The notes: a model not told the origin generated them from the letters alone. Positions 17,700 to 28,876 are shown, numbered from the stretch's first letter. The stretch is DNA of 64,000 nucleotides from an uncultured delta proteobacterium (GCA_963794325.1 CAWCDG010000004.1:928001-992000); one strand, 5' to 3'. Numbers and translations: made by a program.

Positions 17700-20600
17700 G
17701 TGACACCCTTGCCGATCGAGACCGAACTCCGCGACTTAATTGACCGGAATCTCCCAGCGGATTCGGCCCCGCTCGTGCACGCGTTCGCTGATCGGCTTTT
17801 CGCGCGCGCCTCCGCCGATCATCGCGAGCGTGTCCCGGCCAAGCGGCGTCTTGCGCTCGTGCAGTCGGCGTTCGAATTTTTTTCCCTTCGCACCGAGCCG
17901 GTCATCGCGCGAGTCGCAACAGTCACTGGTGACGACAATGACACGCTCACCGTCGTCGAGACGGTCACCACCGATCGCCCGTTCATCGTGGACAGCCTGC
18001 TCGAATATTTCCATCAGCTCGGCGCGGCCGTTCGCACGATTCTCCATCCGGTCATCAAGGTTGCGCGCGATAAGCAGGGGCAAATCGTTTCGTTCGAACA
18101 GTCTTCCTCAAGCGAGCGCGGCGAATCGTTCGTTCACGCGGAACTCGAATTCAACCCGACGGCCGAACAGGCGCGTCAAATCGAGCGCGATGTCATCTCG
18201 ATTCTGACCGAGGTCAACGAGGCGACCGCCGACTTCGACGAGATGACCAGCCGCGCCCTGCAAATCTGCGAGGAGACCGCGGCCATCCGCGAGCTGGTCG
18301 AGGTCCGCGACCTCTTGCGATGGCTGGTCCAGGGCGGCTTCGTATTCCTCGGCTTTCGCCGCTACCTTGTGACCGGCGACGACGGCGCCGCTCGATTGGT
18401 ACTCGATCCCGGAACCGAGCTCGGCATCATGCGCGAGGATGACGAGTCGCGGTTTCGCAGCTCGGTCCCGCTCGACGAACTCTCACCCGCGCGACGAAGG
18501 CTGTTCTTCGAAGGACCGCCGCTGGTGATCGGCAAGACTCTCACCGAGTCGCACGTACATCGCCGCCGCCCGATGGACAGTGTCTCGATTCGGCGCGTGG
18601 ACGGATTCGGCCGCGTCGTCGCGTTCGACAATTTCGTCGGGCTGCTCACCTCGAAGGCCTATGCGGAAGAGGCGCAACACATTCCCGTTCTGCGCGCGAA
18701 GCTGCGTGAGGTCCTTGAGTCCGAGGGCGCCGCGCCCGGCTCGCACGATTACAAGGAAATCGTTTCCGCCTTCAACAGCTTTCCCAAGGACGAACTGTTC
18801 CGCGCGCCCGTCGCCGAATTGCGCGCGCAGTTGCGCCTGATCCTCGACGTCAAGAGCGAGGCCGCCGTGCGGCTCTTCATCGCGCCCGACCTGCGTCACG
18901 GCAACGTGATCGCGATGGTCGTGATGCCGCGCGAGGCCGGCTCCGCCGATCTCAGCCGGCGCATCCAGGACACTCTCGCCGCGGCGCTCCACGGCACGCT
19001 GGTCTATTTTCATTTGGGGCTCGGCGAGGGATATACGGCGCGCCTCCATTTCTGTTTCGTTGCCGATCCGCCGAAGACTTCGGTCATTCGCAGCCTCGAG
19101 ACCGCGATCGCCAACCTCGCCCGGCGATGGGACGATCGGTTGCAGGAGCAGTTGGTCAGAAAATTCGGACCAAAGCGCGGTCGCACGCTGGCTGAGCGAT
19201 GGGCCGGAGCGTTCGGCGCCGAGTATCAAGCGGCGATCGATGTGGCGCGCGCGGTCGGTGACGTCGAAGACCTCGAAAAATTGATCGCCGACGGCCGCGA
19301 TTTCATCGTCGAGGCCGGGCCTCACGCATCCGACGGTCACGCCGACGGGCGAAGCGACATCCGCATTGTCGGCCTCGGCGACGCTCCGAAGCTCTCCGAC
19401 CTGATGCCCACGTTGCAGAACTTTGCGATCGAGGTGCTGTCCGAGGACGCGCACGAGCTGCGTCCCGCGCACCGACGGCAAGGTGACGCGCGCATACCTG
19501 CAGGTTTTTTCCGTGCAGGGCCCCAACTCGCAGCCGTTCGCCAAATTTCCCGGCGCAGTGCTGATTGCCGACGCTATCGCCGCCGTGCGCAATGGTCTCA
19601 CCGCGGACGACGCCCTCAATGCGGTCACTCTGACCGCGGGACTCAGTTGGCGCGAGGTCGCGCTGCTGCGCGCGTATCTCGTCGCCACGTTTCAGATGCG
19701 CCTTGCGCCTTCCCGTCTCAGCTTGCAACGCGTGCTATTGCTGTATCCCGATGTCACGCGGTTGCTGTTTGAACTGTTCACCGCGCGCCTCTCGTTTGAC
19801 GATCCCGCGTCGCCCGAAAAAATCGCCGAGCTGCGCGAAGCGTATCTCGCTCATCTGGGCTCGATCGAAAATATTGCTGACGACCGGATCGCGCGCACCT
19901 TGCTCTCGCTGGTCGAGGCTACTGTGCGCACCAATTATTTCTGCGTGGTGCCGTCGCCCGATCCGTACATCGCGCTCAAGTTCGAAAGCGCGCGCATCGC
20001 CAGACTGCCCGACACCGCGCCGCTCTACGAAATTCGCGTCAACAGCCCGCGCATGGAAGGATGCCATCTGCGGCACGGACGCATCGCGCGCGGCGGCATC
20101 CGTTTCAGCGATCGCCCCGACGACTATCGCACCGAGATCCTCGATCTGATGAAGACTCAGACCGTGAAGAACGCGATCATCGTCCCACGCGGCGCCAAGG
20201 GCGGGTTCATCGTCAAGCCGCGCCCCCACCAACAGCCTGATCCCACTGACGGCGTCGATGCTTACAAGACGCTGATCAACGCGATGCTCGATCTCACCGA
20301 CAACCTCACCGGCGACGGGCCGGTGCATCCCGCTCGCGTCAGGGTGCTCGACAACGACGGGCCGTATCTCGTGGTGGCCGCCGATAAAGGCACTGCGAGT
20401 TTTTCGGACATCGCGAATCAAATCGCGATCGGGCGCGGCTTCTGGCTCGGCGACGCGTTCGCGTCCGGCGGCGAGCACGGCTACGACCACAAGAAGCTTG
20501 GGATCACGGCGCGCGGCGCGTGGGAGTCTGCGCGGCGTCATCTGCGCGAGATGGGCCGCGACCCCGACCGCGGCGCGCCGATCACGATGATCGGAGTCGG

Positions 20601-22479
20601 CGACATGTCGGGCGACGTGTTCGGCAATGGTCTGCTGCGCTCGCGCAACTTGAAGCTCATCGCCGCTTTCGACCATCGCCATATCTTCATCGATCCCGAT
20701 CCCGATCCAGCGGCGAGCTTCGACGAACGCAAGCGGCTGTACGATCTGCCGCGCTCGAGTTGGGCAGACTACAATCCCAAACTCATCAGTGCGGGCGGCG
20801 GGGTTTACCGTCGCGGCCAGAAGCGCATCGAGCTGAGTCCGCAAGCGCGCGCCGCACTCGGATGCCACGCCGACGCACTCGACGGCGAATCGTTGATTCA
20901 ATGCATCCTGCGCGCGCCGGTCGATCTGTTTTACAACGGCGGCATCGGCACCTACGTTCGCGCGACGAGCGAGACCGACGCCGAAGTCGCCGACCACGCC
21001 AACGACGCGTGTCGAATCACTGCGCCGGAGCTTCGCGCGAAGATCGTCGTCGAAGGCGGCAACCTCGGCTTTACCCAAAATGCGCGCATCGAGTACGCGC
21101 TAGCCGGCGGACGCATCAACACCGACGCGATAGACAACTCGGCCGGCGTCGATATGTCCGATCACGAGGTCAACCTCAAGATCCTTCTCGAACCCGCGGT
21201 GGCTCGCGGCGATCTCACTTTCGATGCGCGCAACCGAGCGCTCGCCGCATGCGCTGACGAAGTCGCCGATCGCGTCATCTGTGACAATCGCGACCAGGTG
21301 CTGTCGCTCAGTCTTGAACAGCTTCGCAGCCGCACGCAGTTGAACGAGTTTCGCGATCACCTCCAGGCCATCGCGGATCGCGGCATCCTGACCGGGATGG
21401 CGCCAGCGATTCCGCCGCGCGAGGCGCTCCACGAACGCCACGCGCGCTACCCAGGACTCACCCGCCCCGAGCTGGCGTTGACCACCGCATACACCAAGAT
21501 CGATCTCATCCAACGCATAGAGACCACGGTGCTGGTTGACGATTCGTACCTGGTCGGACGCTTCCTGCAGCCGTACTTCCCAGCCTCGCTCGCTGAGCAT
21601 GCGCAGGTCGCGACGCATCGCCTCCGTCACGAGCTGATCGCGACGCGCGCCGTCAACGAACTGGTCGATTTGGCCGGCTCAACCTACGTGTTCAGCTTCG
21701 TGCGCGATCGCGGCGTCGCGGCCGAGGATGTCGTCCGAGCATGGATAATCGCGAACGACGTGCTTTCGATCCACGAGCGCGCCGCCGAGCTCAAGCGCAA
21801 CGCCGACACGATCGCCGCCGAATCGGAGCTGGGCGCATTTCTCGCGCTCGAACACGCCTGCCGCAGCGCGACTGGATGGGCTCTCGGCGAATTGGAGCCG
21901 GCCACGTCGATCGGATCCGCGGTGACCCGCTTCAAGCCGGCATTTGAAAAGCTGTTCGCCGAATTCGAAACGATGCTCGCGGGGGCCGAGCGCGATCGTT
22001 TCGAGCGCCTCTACCGCGAGCTTCGGGCCGACGTGCTGGACGGCGAATTGGCGCATGGCCTCGCGCGCCTGGCTTTCGCGGATCACATTCTGAGCGTGCT
22101 GAGCCTGAGTTTCTCGCGTGAAATCGAACCCGCCAAAGCGGCGCACGCCTACTTCCAGCTAAGCGCTCAACTTAACTTCGCAACCCTCGAAGAGGCACTT
22201 CAATCGATCGGCACCGACGACCGATGGGAGCGGCGGGCCGCCAGCGAACTCGCCACCGAACTTCGCGCCGCGCGCATCGCGATGTGCCGAGCGGTGCTCG
22301 ACGCAATCGCCGACGATCCTGATTTGAAGGTGGATGAATCGATCGAGCAGTTGAAGCGAGTCCGCGCAAACCGTTTCGCCGAAGTCACCAGCCTGTTCGA
22401 CGAACTGAAATCCCTGGCAGCCCCGACCCTCCCAGCAATCCAGGTCACAATCCGCGCTCTCTCGCGCCTCGCCATATGA
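17700..22479 (+). CDS. gdhB: Large NAD-specific glutamate dehydrogenase (one extra C near 19465 splits it in two ORFs)
   Basis: DRPFIVDS; ARGGIRFSDR; KNAIIVPRGAKGGF; YLVVAADKGTA; GVGDMSGDVFGNG; EGGNLG; NSAGVDMSDHEVNLKI. Confidence 0.93.
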
Positions 22480-22516
22480 TGTGCAGTTTTCTTGATCGCG
22501 ATTGTAGCTTTCTACA

Positions 22517-22563
22517 CCGCGATTGTTCCCCTTCCCTCGAGGGAAGGGGTTAGGGGTTAGGTT
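22517..22563 (+). repeat. REP-like repeat family A, left copy
   Basis: CCGCGATTGTT-CCCCTTCCCTCGAGGGAAGGGG-TTAGGGGTTAGGTT (22-bp perfect palindrome + tail). Confidence 0.95.
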
Positions 22564-22938
22564 GCTATACTCGCTCGCAGCGCCTGCCTGATGCGCTCGA
22601 TCACTGCCTCGCTATCGAGCATCGCTTCGTTCGAGAATCGCAGGACGCGTACTCCTCTGTTCAAGATACTTTTGTCGCGCGATTCGTCGTACTGCCACTT
22701 CTCTTCATGCACAGTACCGTCCAACTCAATGGCCAGCTTGGCTGCGTCAATAGAAGTCGACGATAAATCCTTCTATTACCTGCTGACGGCGGAAGTGAAA
22801 CCCGTCGAGACCATTTTTCCGAAGGACCATCCAAAGGCCACGTTCGGCCGGAGTCATTTCGCTGCGCAATCGCTTCGCGCGGGCGAGTATGTCGGGCTCG
22901 ACGTTTTGGCCGCGTACAATTTTCCTGCTGCAAGCCAT
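22557..22938 (-). pseudogene. DUF559 / Vsr-like PD-(D/E)XK endonuclease; apparent 2-nt deletion near 22748 (may be a sequencing error)
   Basis: RAKRLRSEMTPAERGLWMVLR...HFRRQQVIEGFIVDFY then shifted DAAKLAIELDGTVH...YDESRD...GVRVLRFSN; about 127 aa restored. Confidence 0.85.
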
Positions 22939-22959
22939 CAGGTTCGCGGTTTGACCGAA

Positions 22960-23006
22960 AACCTAACCCCTAACCCCTTCCCTCGAGGGAAGGGGAACAA
23001 TCGCGG
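22960..23006 (-). repeat. REP-like repeat family A, right (inverted) copy
   Basis: AACCTAACCCCTAACCCCTTCCCTCGAGGGAAGGGGAACAATCGCGG. Confidence 0.95.
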
Positions 23007-23027
23007 GCGGGCTGATCGCTCGCTCCA

Positions 23028-24032
23028 TCACGACGCCACCTGCGGCAATTGCGCCGCCGTCGGTTGCATCGATGTCTGCGCGGCAGAATCGACGCTATCC
23101 GCGACCCGCGGCTCTCTCAAATCCTGGTACAGTCTTAATCCCGCCGCGACCAGGAATGCGGTAGTCGCGAAGTTGACGCCGATCTCGGCCAGGCCGACCA
23201 GAAAGATCGTCGTCCCGAGAAATCCCGTCACCACCCCGACTGGCCCGAATAGCAGGCTCACCACCACGAACGCTCCTGCGGCCCACGTGTTGTATCCCGA
23301 CCATACTGCGAGAAACACGACGATCCGTGTCGCGACCTTGAAGAAGCGCTTGCGCATCAGGTCGCGGCTGAACAGCAACGCGTGCCAGCTATGCTTCCCG
23401 TCGTAAATCAGCGCGTACTGCGCGAAGTACAACCAGGTGTAAATCAGCGCGCCGAGGATGATCATCAGCACCAGCGCGATATACGCCCACACTCCAATCG
23501 AGCCGGGCATGAACGTTGACGCTTCCTGGAACAGAAACAGCCCCAACGCCGGCGCGAGCAGTTGCAGAATCGTCACCCACACGAATCCCGGTACAAGTGG
23601 GATCGATCGGCGGTAAACTTCGATCGCCTCGTGGATGATCGTGGGCTCGCGAATTCCCGCCTGGATCCGCTTGAGCGAACACAACGTGACCAGAGTCACC
23701 TGCAGAGTGACCAGCCCGAAGATCAGATGTAGCGTCTTGGTGACCCACGGCGAGTACGGCTGCGGCTCCTGCAGCGGCGCGGGTGTCGGCGAGGGCGCCG
23801 GCTTGCTCGGCGTGTCGGCGCTATCGACCTGTGTGTAGCTGATATTTTGCGATCCCGGCTCGAAGGTCGTCGCCAGCCGGTATTGCAGATTCAACGCGTC
23901 CGGCAGCAGGCACAATGACGCCAGGAGCAGCAACGGCGCCAACACCACCGCCAGCACGGACCAATTTCCGCGCAGGTCGTTCACTGCATTGGCGAGATAT
24001 ATGAAGCTGCTTTTTAGGCGAACTGGATTCAC
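23028..24032 (-). CDS. Multi-pass membrane protein, hypothetical
   Basis: 334 aa, about 6 hydrophobic segments, Pro-rich loop, HALLFSRDLMRKRFFKV. Confidence 0.7.
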   Translation of the reverse strand: MNPVRLKSSFIYLANAVNDLRGNWSVLAVVLAPLLLLASLCLLPDALNLQYRLATTFEPGSQNISYTQVDSADTPSKPAPSPTPAPLQEPQPYSPWVTKTLHLIFGLVTLQVTLVTLCSLKRIQAGIREPTIIHEAIEVYRRSIPLVPGFVWVTILQLLAPALGLFLFQEASTFMPGSIGVWAYIALVLMIILGALIYTWLYFAQYALIYDGKHSWHALLFSRDLMRKRFFKVATRIVVFLAVWSGYNTWAAGAFVVVSLLFGPVGVVTGFLGTTIFLVGLAEIGVNFATTAFLVAAGLRLYQDLREPRVADSVDSAAQTSMQPTAAQLPQVAS

Positions 24033-24150
24033 GGCGCGTTAGAGGTTGGCATCCCCGACCAATCGAGACAAGTCCGCCGCATCTGGCAATGACCAGTCAC
24101 GACTTCGATGATATAGTAACTGGAGAATCAGCCCACGGAGAATTGCACTC

Positions 24151-24408
24151 ATGGCCGACGACGTACGCGCATCGAAAATCGAGATCGAGCATGAGAACAA
24201 ATTGATTCGCCGACTACGCTTCCTGGTCGACCTGACCTTTGCGACGATCGCGCAGGACAACGAGATGACGCTCGACCTCGGATGGGAACACGTGCTCGCG
24301 CTCAAAGGCGCGGCGGTCGCGATGTTTCCCGGCAAGGAAGAGACATTCGATCTCGTCTATTTGCCGCGCTTCTCGCGTCTGCTCGCTGAGCGATTCGGCG
24401 CGAATTGA
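24151..24408 (+). CDS. Hypothetical protein (85 aa) coupled to nagA
   Basis: GGAG RBS; stop overlaps nagA TTG start. Confidence 0.7.
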   Translation: MADDVRASKIEIEHENKLIRRLRFLVDLTFATIAQDNEMTLDLGWEHVLALKGAAVAMFPGKEETFDLVYLPRFSRLLAERFGAN

Positions 24409-25517
24409 AGCTCGCGGGGCTTATCGCAAAGCCCGACGGCTCACTCGTCCGCGGGCAGGTCACCTTCACCGATCGGATCACCGCGCTCGATCCTGCTTCT
24501 CACCCAAGCGACGATTACATCCTGCCCGGATTCGTCGATCTGCAAGTCAACGGCTCGCACGGCATCGACGTGATGAACGCGTCCGTCGACGAACTCGCTA
24601 TTCTGAGCCGACACCTCGCGCGCGAAGGCACCACCGCGTGGATGCCGACCGCGGTCACCGCGCCAATCGAAAAGATCGATAAGGTTCACGAGTCGATCGC
24701 GACTGCATTCGAAAATTCGCGCAACGACGACTCCGCCGACAGTGCTGCCATCCCCGGCATGCATCTCGAAGGCCCGTTCATCTCGCCGCTCCGCCTCGGC
24801 GCGCATCCCGCGCTCAACCTCGAGCCTCGCGGCGACGCTTTCGATCGAGTGCTCGCGATGCGCGCGCTACGCTTGATCACTCTAGCCCCCGAGCTGCCCG
24901 GCGCACTCGACGCAATTCGCAGACTGACCGCGCGCGGCGTGGTCGTTTCGATGGGCCACACCAACGCAACTCTCGACGAGGCCAACGCCGGCATCGACGC
25001 GGGCGCCCGGATGTTCACGCATCTGTTCAACGCGATGCGCCCGTTAAATCATCGCGATCCCGGCGTCATCGCCTGTGCCCTTGCGCCAAGCGCCGCGATC
25101 GCCGCAATCATCCCCGACAATGTCCACGTTCACCCCGCTATATTGCGTCTCGCGTTCGACGCGCGCGGCAGAGGCGGACTGATCCTCGTCACCGATAAAG
25201 TCGCGCTGGCAAAAACCGCCGGCCTGGAGAAAAAAGTCGGCCGCGCACGCGCCACGATTCGCGACGGGGCCGCGCGCCTCGATGACGGCACCCTCGCCGG
25301 CAGCATCATCTCGATGCTCGACGGCGTCCGCATCATGATCGAAACCGTCCACGTCAGCATCGCCGAAGCCGCTGTGATGGCCTCCACCGATCCCGCCAAT
25401 CTCATCGGCGCCAACGATCGCGGCCGCATCGCGGTCGGCGCCCGCGCCGATCTAATCCTGCTCAGCCGGACCCTGGAGTTGAAATCTGTATTCGTCAGCG
25501 GCCGCGAGCTAACGTAA
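24405..25517 (+). CDS. nagA: N-acetylglucosamine-6-phosphate deacetylase
   Basis: PGFVDLQVNG, HLEGPFIS..RLGAH, TLAPE, GHT, THLFNAM, LAGS. Confidence 0.93.
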   Translation: MKLAGLIAKPDGSLVRGQVTFTDRITALDPASHPSDDYILPGFVDLQVNGSHGIDVMNASVDELAILSRHLAREGTTAWMPTAVTAPIEKIDKVHESIATAFENSRNDDSADSAAIPGMHLEGPFISPLRLGAHPALNLEPRGDAFDRVLAMRALRLITLAPELPGALDAIRRLTARGVVVSMGHTNATLDEANAGIDAGARMFTHLFNAMRPLNHRDPGVIACALAPSAAIAAIIPDNVHVHPAILRLAFDARGRGGLILVTDKVALAKTAGLEKKVGRARATIRDGAARLDDGTLAGSIISMLDGVRIMIETVHVSIAEAAVMASTDPANLIGANDRGRIAVGARADLILLSRTLELKSVFVSGRELT

Positions 25518-25551
25518 TGCGAAACATTGAACCATCGACCGGAGCCAATAC

Positions 25552-26412
25552 ATGTCGCTGAATACCGCCTGCGTGGGCCGCGAATACCCGCCCGTCACCA
25601 TCAACGTCACCCTCGACGCGCTCCAGAAGTACGCGCGCGCATACAACGATGATAACCCCAGTTTCTTCGACGCGAACCGCCCCGCCGGCATCGTCGCTCC
25701 GCCGATGTTCGGCGTCGTCGTCACTTGGGACGCCCTGATGAAAGCCATGATGGATCCCGACTTGCACGTTGATTTGCTGCGCCTCGTTCACGGCGAGCAG
25801 GATATGGAATTTCCAAATTTGATTCGCCCCGGCGACGTCATCACCGCTACCGCGAAAATTATTTCGATCGAGGCGAAGTCCACCGGCGAGACGATGACCG
25901 TCGAACTCAGCGCCACCAATCAAAAAGGGCAGCCCGTTCAGCGGACCCACTTTATTATTTTTATTCGAGGCGCTCGAAATCGCGACGCCGCATCCGCGGA
26001 GCCGCGCCCTGTCGAGCCTGATCGCGGCGCGCCGCTTTTTTCCGTCGCGCAAACCATCGACAAGGATCAGACCTTCCGCTACCGCGATGCCTCCGGCGAT
26101 CCCAATCCGATCCACGTCGATGAGAACATCGCGAAGATGGCGGGCCTACCCGGCATCATCGTCCACGGCCTCTGCACAATGGCGTTTACCTCGAAGGTCG
26201 CGATCGACAAACTCTGCGCAGGCGATCCGACGCGTCTGAAGCGCCTGCGTGTGCGCTTCTCGCGACCAGTGCTGCCCGGCCAGACCATCACCACCAAAGT
26301 CTGGGCCGTCAACGAAAGCGAGCGCGGCGGTCGCAAAGTGTTCGCGTACGAGACTTTCAATCCCGACGGCCAGCCCGTCATTAAGGGCGGCATCGCCGAA
26401 GTCGCACCCTGA
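25552..26412 (+). CDS. MaoC-family double-hotdog dehydratase/(R)-hydratase
   Basis: LVHGEQ in N-domain; SGDPNPIHVD...IVHGLCT; RFSRPVLPG. Confidence 0.88.
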   Translation: MSLNTACVGREYPPVTINVTLDALQKYARAYNDDNPSFFDANRPAGIVAPPMFGVVVTWDALMKAMMDPDLHVDLLRLVHGEQDMEFPNLIRPGDVITATAKIISIEAKSTGETMTVELSATNQKGQPVQRTHFIIFIRGARNRDAASAEPRPVEPDRGAPLFSVAQTIDKDQTFRYRDASGDPNPIHVDENIAKMAGLPGIIVHGLCTMAFTSKVAIDKLCAGDPTRLKRLRVRFSRPVLPGQTITTKVWAVNESERGGRKVFAYETFNPDGQPVIKGGIAEVAP

Positions 26413-26416
26413 TTTT

Positions 26417-27676
26417 GTGAAGATCACCATCGGCCTCTCGCTCTCCCTGACCGGCGAATACGCGCCGATGGGCCGGCAGGCCGAACTCGCGATTCGACTA
26501 TTCATCGCCGACGCCAACGCCAGCAACGCGCTGCGCGTCGGTGGCCTGCGATGTGAGTTCGCGCTCGAATGCCACGACGACGCGAGCGATCCGATCCGAT
26601 GCGCCGAGATCTATCGCATGTTATGCGGCGATCGGCGCGTCGATGTTATCTTCGGTCCGTACTCCAATCGCCTCGCACGCGTCGCCGCGCCCATCGTCGA
26701 ACAATCCGGCCGCCTTTTTGTCAATCACGGCGGCGCCGGTGACGAACTATACGATCGCGGCTATAAGCTAGTCGTCGGAGTACTCAGTCCGGCAAGTGAC
26801 TATTTGCGCGGCTTCGTCCGATTACTCAGTCAACTCAAGCTCTGGCGCAAACGGGTGGCAATAGTAGCATCGAAGACAGCCTTCGCTCGTGCGGTCGCGT
26901 CGGGCTTCGAGAGCGCCGCGGCCGAACGCGCCGCACGCCGCAAAGGAGTCCGCGTCCGCGTAAAATGGAACGGCGCATTCGACCCAGCTTCGACCCCCGC
27001 ACGCCTTTTTCCAGCGCTCACCCGCAACCGCGTCAACGCTCTCGCGAGCGCCGGCAGCTACGATCACGATGTCGCCGTAATCCGCGCGGTCGCGGAGTCC
27101 CGCCTCAACATCCCGGTGCTCGGATGCGTAGCGGCCGGCGTCGCTCGCTTCGCGTCGGACCTGGGCGAACTATCGGAGGGCATCGTCGGTCCTTCGCAAT
27201 GGGAGGACTCCGTCGATCTCGAACCCGCGCTAGGCCCGACACCAGCCGAGTTCGCGCGCCGAATGCGCGCAGCGGGCGCGGCCGAATCGTTCGACTATCC
27301 CGCAGCGCAGATCTACGCCGCTGGTCTCCTGACTGCCGCTGCGCTCGCGAGTGCCGGCCGATGCGACGACGCGATGCTTCGTGAAGCCTTCTCCGATTTG
27401 CGCACCACCACGATGTTCGGCGATTTCGCGATCGATCGCGTCACCGGCCGCCAGGTCGGCCACCAGATGCTGCTCGTGCAATGGCATCGCGGGCGCAAGG
27501 TGATCATCGTGCCCGAATCGCACGACGATTCCGGCTCACTGGATTTTCCTGCCGGATACCGGCTGATCCTTGCCGGATTCGAAGCTCTTCGTTTAACTCG
27601 TCCGGACCATTTGGACGACAGCGAAGACGAATCTAACGATCCCGACGCGGAGAAAGATGAACGCAATCACGATTAG
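26417..27676 (+). CDS. Type 1 periplasmic-binding-fold (LivK-like) protein without evident signal peptide
   Basis: IGLSLSLTGEYA, DDASDP, FGPYS, TTMFGDFAID. Confidence 0.8.
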   Translation: MKITIGLSLSLTGEYAPMGRQAELAIRLFIADANASNALRVGGLRCEFALECHDDASDPIRCAEIYRMLCGDRRVDVIFGPYSNRLARVAAPIVEQSGRLFVNHGGAGDELYDRGYKLVVGVLSPASDYLRGFVRLLSQLKLWRKRVAIVASKTAFARAVASGFESAAAERAARRKGVRVRVKWNGAFDPASTPARLFPALTRNRVNALASAGSYDHDVAVIRAVAESRLNIPVLGCVAAGVARFASDLGELSEGIVGPSQWEDSVDLEPALGPTPAEFARRMRAAGAAESFDYPAAQIYAAGLLTAAALASAGRCDDAMLREAFSDLRTTTMFGDFAIDRVTGRQVGHQMLLVQWHRGRKVIIVPESHDDSGSLDFPAGYRLILAGFEALRLTRPDHLDDSEDESNDPDAEKDERNHD

Positions 27677-28865
27677 CCTGAAACGCGGCAAGGTCCTCGC
27701 CATCGGCCTGATGTCCGGGACTTCGCACGACGGTGTGAGCGCCGCGATTGTCGAACTCGATGAAGTTGCGCGTCCGCCCGCGCGTCTGATCGCGTTTAAC
27801 ACTTTTCCGTACCCCGCACGCTTCCGCAAAGAACTGCTCGACGCTTCCGCCGACGAGAAAATCGGCGCCTCCGCGATTTCCACACTCAACTTTGCGCTCG
27901 GACGAGAATTTGGACGCGCCGCAATCGGGATCGCGCGTCGCTCGAACGTGCTACTCTCTGATGTGGCGTTCATCGGATCTCACGGCCATACCGTTTTTCA
28001 TCTGCCTCCGCGCCGCACGCCACGCGGCCAGGTCGCCTCCACCTTGCAGCTCGGCGAGTCCGCGGTCATCGCCGCAGCCACCGGTGTTCCGGTCGTCGCC
28101 GACTTCCGCACGATGGACGTGGCACTGGGCGGCGAGGGCGCTCCGCTCGCACCGCTCGCTCATCTCTGGATGTTCGCCGACCCCAAGCGCGGCCGGATTG
28201 TGCAAAACATTGGCGGCATCGCCAACGCCACCTACATCCCTCCCCGCGCACGTCTCGGCCACCCCGACCTGATCGCGTTCGACACCGGACCCGGCAATGG
28301 CATGATCGACGCGCTCGCATCGCGAATCTCCGGCGGGCGCTTGCGAATGGACCGCGACGGGCGCATCGCGGCGAGCGGTCACGTCAGCGAGTCGCTGCTC
28401 GCAAAGATGATGCAACATCCTTACTTCCGTCGCCGCCCGCCGAAATCCACCGGCCGCGAGGAGTTCGGACCCGACCTGCTCGATCGCATCGTCGCCGACG
28501 CCCGCGGCATGAAAATCGTTGACCACGATCTACTCGCGACCGTCACCGCCCTCACCGCGCGCTCGATCGCGGACGCATGCCGCCGCTTCATCTCTCCGCG
28601 TGGTCCCGTTGACCAGTTAATCGTCACCGGCGGTGGTGCGAAGAATCCAACCTTGATTCGCATGATCGCGGCCGAGTTACCGGATATCGAAGTGATCACC
28701 GCCAAGGACGTCGGCGGCGACGGCGACGCGGTCGAGTCTGTCGCGTTCGCGATTCTCGGTTACCAGATGCTTCGCGGCCGCCAAGGAAATATTCCGAGCG
28801 TGACGGGCGCCCGGGCTCCCGCCATCCTCGGCAAGCTCACGCTGCCCCCGCGCCCACCAAGATGA
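27657..28865 (+). CDS. anmK: Anhydro-N-acetylmuramic acid kinase
   Basis: IGLMSGTS, GSHGHT, DFR..DVALGGEGAPL, NIGGIAN, DTGPGN, PKSTGRE. Confidence 0.95.
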   Translation: MNAITISLKRGKVLAIGLMSGTSHDGVSAAIVELDEVARPPARLIAFNTFPYPARFRKELLDASADEKIGASAISTLNFALGREFGRAAIGIARRSNVLLSDVAFIGSHGHTVFHLPPRRTPRGQVASTLQLGESAVIAAATGVPVVADFRTMDVALGGEGAPLAPLAHLWMFADPKRGRIVQNIGGIANATYIPPRARLGHPDLIAFDTGPGNGMIDALASRISGGRLRMDRDGRIAASGHVSESLLAKMMQHPYFRRRPPKSTGREEFGPDLLDRIVADARGMKIVDHDLLATVTALTARSIADACRRFISPRGPVDQLIVTGGGAKNPTLIRMIAAELPDIEVITAKDVGGDGDAVESVAFAILGYQMLRGRQGNIPSVTGARAPAILGKLTLPPRPPR

Positions 28866-28876
28866 TTTCTGTCTTT

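Larger units (their letters stand above)
22517..23006. mobile_element. 490-bp unit: DUF559 endonuclease gene between perfect 47-bp inverted repeats
   Basis: 22517-22563 and 22960-23006 are exact reverse complements; no target-site duplication evident; mobility is inferred, not shown. Confidence 0.6.

Noticed and set aside
19440-19480. Programmed frameshift in glutamate dehydrogenase
   Set aside because: No slippery heptamer; a single extra C in a CCC run, matching the window-wide indel pattern
22591-23406. 271-aa + strand ORF containing LTPNPFPRGKGN (peptide also seen in ORFs at 30181 and 43955)
   Set aside because: The shared peptide is just the translated repeat; the ORF is antisense to DUF559 and the membrane protein
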